From Bacteroidia bacterium (GTDB lineage: Bacteria > Bacteroidota > Bacteroidia > Bacteroidales > GCA-2748055): a stretch of 62,289 bases of DNA. Numbering within the stretch: position 1 is the first letter of the stretch; every line of letters starts with the position of its first letter. Location of the stretch: positions 1-62,289 of the forward strand of contig DAOWDN010000165.1 of assembly GCA_030639005.1 (NCBI GenBank), read 5' to 3'. The position numbers were made by a program, and so were the translations under genes. Positions 58,235 through 62,289 of the stretch are shown piece by piece. The notes under the pieces were generated by a model. It did no database searches. It was not told the DNA's origin and was given only the letters and a program-made list of their open reading frames with translations.

Positions 58235-60433
58235 ATGGGGAAGAGCAAACGTACAGGTAAAGATAAACTATCGCGTGACCAGGCCTCCGCACTGATCATG
58301 GGAGTTTTTGGAAGAAATCCAAAAAAGGTATATAACTACAAGCAGATCTCGAAGCTGCTTTTCATCAACGATAAACAGAGAAAAGCCATTGTTACCAGGA
58401 CCCTTGATGAACTGGTAGGAAAGAAACAGCTTGAACAGGTGGAACCCGGCAGGTATCGCCTGCTTAGCAGGGCAGGATATAAAACAGGAACCCTCGATAT
58501 GACCCAGCACGGGTATGCCTTCCTGGTATCAGAAAATTCTGACGACGATGTGTTCATTGCAAGGAACAATCTTAAAACCGCCCTGGATGGCGACCTGGTC
58601 AAAGTATTTGTCTATCCTGCACGGAAGCAGCGGTCCCGCTCAGAAGGGGAGGTGGTGGAAATTCTGGAGAGAGCCAGGGATACGTTTGTTGGGACAGTGG
58701 AGATTTCGCGTAATTATGCCTTTCTTCTCCCCGACAACCGCAAGATGCCTTTCGATATTTTCATCCCGCTGGAGAAACTGAAGGGGGTGGAACACGGTCA
58801 GAAAGCCATTGCCAGGATCATCGACTGGCCGGAAAAAGTAAAAAACCCCTTTGGTGAGATTGTGGATATCCTGGGTTATCCGGGCGAGAACGAAACGGAG
58901 ATGCACTCCATCCTGGCCGAATTTGAACTCCCCATTAAATTTTCTGCGGAGGTGGAGGCGTTTGCCGAAAAGATCCCTGATGCAATTACTCCCCAGGAGA
59001 TTAAAAACCGGAGAGACTTCCGAGAGGTAAGCACCTTTACTATTGATCCGGCCGATGCCAAGGATTTTGACGACGCTCTCTCGCTGCAGCCCCTGGAGAA
59101 GGGATTTTGGGAGGTGGGAATCCACATTGCCGATGTGTCGCACTACGTAAAGACCAAAACCATCCTGGACAGTGACGCGTTTGACCGCGCCACCTCTGTT
59201 TATCTGGTCGACCGGGTGGTGCCCATGCTCCCCGAAAAGCTTTCCAACGGGGTGTGTTCGTTGCGTCCCAATGAGGACAAGCTCACTTTTTCGGCAGTAT
59301 TTAAAATGAACGAACAGGGCGAGGTGCTGGATGAATGGTTTGGCCGCACCGTGATCCACTCAAACCGTCGTTTCAGCTACGAGGAGGCCCAGAAGATTAT
59401 AGAGACCGGCGAGGGAGATATGAAGGAGGAGGTTCTGAAGCTCTACGAAATCTCAAAAACACTGAAAGAGAAGAGGTTCACTAATGGCTCCATCAATTTT
59501 GAAAGGGAGGAAGTCAAGTTCCACCTGGCCGAGGACGGCACGCCCACCGGAGTATATTTCAAGGTGCAAAAAGAGGCCAACTGGCTTATTGAAGAGTTTA
59601 TGTTGTTGGCCAACAAGAGGGTTGCAGCCTACGCCAGCCGGGGCGGGAAATATGAAAAAGAGGTCAGTCCGGCAGAGCCCAAAGGAAAGAAATTGACCGG
59701 CAAGACCTTTGTGTACCGCATCCACGATGTGCCCGATCCAGAAAAAATGGATTCATTTACCCGCTTTATTACCAAGTTTGGACATTCTTTGAATCCACAG
59801 CAGTCGGGCAGACGACTCTCCACGGCCCTGAATACCTTGTTGGATCAGGTGCAGGGAAGCAAGGAGCAGAATGTGATCGAGATGATGGCCTTACGCTCCA
59901 TGGCCAAGGCACGTTATTCTACCAACAACATTGGTCATTATGGTCTCGCTTTTAAAGATTATGCTCATTTTACCTCACCCATCAGGCGCTACCCCGACCT
60001 GATGGTGCACCGGCTGTTGGCGCACTACCTGGAAAAGGGTGAATCGAAAAACGCGGAGACTTATGAAAAGAGGTGCCAGCATGCCTCAGAGATGGAGCGG
60101 AGGGCTGTGGAAGCTGAAAGGGCATCTACCAAATATAAGCAAGTGGAGTTTATGCAGGATAAAGTGGGAAATCATTTCGATGGAGTAGTGTCGGGACTTA
60201 CCGACTGGGGGATCTATGTGGAGATCGTGGAGAATAAATGCGAAGGAATGGTATCTATTAAGAGTATTGCAGATGACTTTTATGAATTTAACGAAGAGGA
60301 GTACATGATCGTGGGTCGCCATTCGGGCAGAAAGTTTGAGATTGGTGATGAGGTAACAATTGAAGTATTGAATGCCAACCTCTCCCGAAGACAGCTTGAT
60401 TATAAGCTTGTGGATATGGAACAAGAACCTTAA
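58235..60433 (+). CDS. rnr: Ribonuclease R
   Basis: Cold-shock domains, TIDPADAKDFDDA, HFTSPIRRYPD, S1 domain; start at the ATG at 58235. Confidence 0.96.
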   Translation: MGKSKRTGKDKLSRDQASALIMGVFGRNPKKVYNYKQISKLLFINDKQRKAIVTRTLDELVGKKQLEQVEPGRYRLLSRAGYKTGTLDMTQHGYAFLVSENSDDDVFIARNNLKTALDGDLVKVFVYPARKQRSRSEGEVVEILERARDTFVGTVEISRNYAFLLPDNRKMPFDIFIPLEKLKGVEHGQKAIARIIDWPEKVKNPFGEIVDILGYPGENETEMHSILAEFELPIKFSAEVEAFAEKIPDAITPQEIKNRRDFREVSTFTIDPADAKDFDDALSLQPLEKGFWEVGIHIADVSHYVKTKTILDSDAFDRATSVYLVDRVVPMLPEKLSNGVCSLRPNEDKLTFSAVFKMNEQGEVLDEWFGRTVIHSNRRFSYEEAQKIIETGEGDMKEEVLKLYEISKTLKEKRFTNGSINFEREEVKFHLAEDGTPTGVYFKVQKEANWLIEEFMLLANKRVAAYASRGGKYEKEVSPAEPKGKKLTGKTFVYRIHDVPDPEKMDSFTRFITKFGHSLNPQQSGRRLSTALNTLLDQVQGSKEQNVIEMMALRSMAKARYSTNNIGHYGLAFKDYAHFTSPIRRYPDLMVHRLLAHYLEKGESKNAETYEKRCQHASEMERRAVEAERASTKYKQVEFMQDKVGNHFDGVVSGLTDWGIYVEIVENKCEGMVSIKSIADDFYEFNEEEYMIVGRHSGRKFEIGDEVTIEVLNANLSRRQLDYKLVDMEQEP

Positions 60434-60464
60434 TTTTATACCGATGCAGTAATACTTTCATCTC

Positions 60465-61052
60465 ATGGTGGTTGTAAAGGAGGAGGTCAGAACACACATT
60501 GTAGGAGTAGCTCGCAAGATCTTTACCAGGTATGGTTTCAGAAAAGCCACCATGGAAGAGATTGCCAGTGTATCCCAGAAGGGAAAGAGCTCCATATATT
60601 ACTATTTTAAAAGCAAGGAGGAGATCTTCAGGGCAGTGGTGGAGAAGGAGGCCCGGGAACTGAAGGAGCGTCTCGACCGGATCATCCAAAAAAACGATTC
60701 TCCTGTGGAAAGGATGAAAGCTTATATGCTTTTCAGGCTTCACTACGTGAAAACACTGGGAAACTTCTATGCAGCACTTAACGAAGAGGCACTTTCCCAT
60801 ATGGATTTTATACTGGAGATCAGGCGCAATTTTGAGGAGGAGGAGCGCCAGATAGTCAGGGAGATCCTGGATGATGGAATAAAAAGAGGATTCTTTAAAC
60901 TAACTAGTTCGGAAATAGGTGCCATAGCCATATCTACCATGATGAAGGGCCTGGAACTTCCCCTGCTACTGAGTGATGAGCACAAAGCCGACCGGGAAGA
61001 GCTGCTGGAGGACATGATCCGCGTGCTCTTTTACGGGATCATCAAACGGTAA
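60465..61052 (+). CDS. TetR/AcrR family regulator
   Basis: GFRKATMEEIA..KSSIYYYFKSKEEIF. Confidence 0.93.
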   Translation: MVVVKEEVRTHIVGVARKIFTRYGFRKATMEEIASVSQKGKSSIYYYFKSKEEIFRAVVEKEARELKERLDRIIQKNDSPVERMKAYMLFRLHYVKTLGNFYAALNEEALSHMDFILEIRRNFEEEERQIVREILDDGIKRGFFKLTSSEIGAIAISTMMKGLELPLLLSDEHKADREELLEDMIRVLFYGIIKR

Positions 61053-61062
61053 AGCTCTCTTC

Positions 61063-61147
61063 ATGTAATACTATACCGGCACTGAAATTTCTCACAAACT
61101 CGGTTGCTCACAAGCTCGAAATTATAGGTACCAGTATAGCATTACAT
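61063..61147 (-). other. Long imperfect inverted repeat; candidate structured RNA
   Basis: Arms of about 30 nt at 61063-61091 and 61118-61147. The outer 20 bp form 17 Watson-Crick pairs plus 3 G-U pairs, on the minus strand only. Confidence 0.6.
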
Positions 61148-61216
61148 TCCGAGAAGAATCTCCAGCTTAATCCTCGTAAAAGGGCACGCGGATCAGTGAA
61201 ATAGAGGGAGGAGGAT

Positions 61217-62289
61217 TTATTCTCCTTTGGCCAGCGCTGCCATCTTGTGGAAGATCTCGGTGTTCTGGTAGATCCCTGTAAACTTATGAGCCCCGGGGCC
61301 ATAAGCAAACACCGGAATCAGGGTGGCAGAATGTCCGCCAGTGGCAAAAACCGGACCTATCTCCGCATAATTTAAGGCCCCGGTCTCTTCGTTATGCAGG
61401 GCACCCAGGGTAAATCCACCGGTTTCGTGATCGGCAGTGACCACCACCAGGGTATTGCCATCTTTTTCAGCATAGTCGAGGGCCGCTGCAATTACCTTTT
61501 CGAAATCGAGCATTTCACCCACCATGTATTCTGTGCTGTTTGCATGACCTGCCCAGTCGATCTGGGAACCCTCCACCATCAGGAAGAATCCATCCTGGTT
61601 TTGTGACAGATGCCCAATGGCCAGGCTTGTGGCGTCGGGAAGGAAATCACCTCTGCCCTGGATCATGGGGGGCATTCCGCCCTGTGCAAGCAAAAAGCCG
61701 TATTTCTGATCCGCTTCCAGTGTTCCGGCTGCCGCCAGTTTGGTGGTGTCTACCAGGAATCCTTTCTCAGCAGCTACCGGCAACAGGTTGGCGGAGTCGG
61801 CTCTGGCGATGAATCTGGCAAGTCCGCCACCAGCAAAAAAGTCAATCTCGGAGCTAAGCAGCTGTGCCGCAATCTCCTCCTCCATGCCCCGCTGTTCCAC
61901 GTGTGCATAAAAGGAGGCAGGGGTGGCGTGACTGATGGTGGACGTGGCCACCACTCCGGTGCTCCAGCCCAGGCTGGCTGTAAGCTCGACAATGCTCTGG
62001 TGTGGTGTAAGGGTGGTATCGACTCCGATGGCACCATTATAGGTTTTGGTTCCTGTGGCCAGGGCTGTACCGCTGGCTGCAGAATCGGTTACCTTTTGTT
62101 TGGCAGAGGAGGTCTGCTGAAGACCGATATGCTGAAAGCGTGTAAATACAGAAGGCTGTTCCCCGTAATAGAAACCGGTGGATACAGCAGAGAGGCCCAT
62201 GCCATCTCCGATCAGGAAAATAATATTGGCTGGTTGTTCAGGTTTGTTTTGCACGTTTTCTGAAGAGGTGCAGGCTACCAGCCCAAGGG
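61217..62289 (-). CDS. Alkaline phosphatase, lipoprotein (5' end outside the window)
   Basis: IGDGMG, catalytic VTDSAA, HATPA, EGSQIDWAGH, TADHETGG. The frame is open to the window edge with lipobox LGLVAC. Confidence 0.93.
   Translation of the reverse strand, partial: LGLVACTSSENVQNKPEQPANIIFLIGDGMGLSAVSTGFYYGEQPSVFTRFQHIGLQQTSSAKQKVTDSAASGTALATGTKTYNGAIGVDTTLTPHQSIVELTASLGWSTGVVATSTISHATPASFYAHVEQRGMEEEIAAQLLSSEIDFFAGGGLARFIARADSANLLPVAAEKGFLVDTTKLAAAGTLEADQKYGFLLAQGGMPPMIQGRGDFLPDATSLAIGHLSQNQDGFFLMVEGSQIDWAGHANSTEYMVGEMLDFEKVIAAALDYAEKDGNTLVVVTADHETGGFTLGALHNEETGALNYAEIGPVFATGGHSATLIPVFAYGPGAHKFTGIYQNTEIFHKMAALAKGE

Noticed and set aside
61133-61148. loxP-like string GTATAGCATTACATT
   Set aside because: It lacks the 13-bp ATAACTTCGTATA arms and no recombinase is nearby; it is part of the larger hairpin.
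61053-61216. SRP RNA, tRNA, attC or CRISPR identity for the hairpin
   Set aside because: No SRP GGAA/GCAG domain IV motif, no cloverleaf, no RYYYAAC/GTTRRRY ends and no repeat-spacer periodicity.
61893-61908. Second parS-like sequence TGTTCCACGTGTGCAT
   Set aside because: Only one arm matches, and it lies inside a coding region.

Overview
Gene-dense core chromosome of a Bacteroidota (Bacteroidales-like) bacterium, judged from TAnnTTTG promoter motifs and typical gene order. It is probably origin-proximal. The window opens inside an IS605-type element with divergent tnpB and tnpA; tnpB is missing from the ORF track, and the left end and TTAT target can be read just upstream of dnaG. Most of the rest is housekeeping: dnaG, rnpA, polA, queD, uvrC, apt, mnmG, ybeY, dut, pheS, ruvB, nadA, rpiB, hemW, lgt, ispD, ispG, cysS, rnr. 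A parS palindrome overlaps the mnmG stop, and the nadA-rpiB gap looks like oriC. The best candidate for an undescribed system is a ~1385-aa cytoplasmic protein fusing an MggS-like GT4 glycosyltransferase, an unassigned middle region and a phosphodiester-glycosidase (NAGPA-like) domain; a paralogous stand-alone GT4 lies 1.1 kb away. Also notable: a zupT/CDF/CDF/hemerythrin/LuxR cluster, an rnpA with no canonical start codon, an unlisted 57-aa membrane protein, a heptad array of O-glycosylation sequons, and a strand-specific long hairpin near the right end. I saw no rRNA, tRNA or CRISPR array. All calls come from reading motifs by eye; no searches were run.
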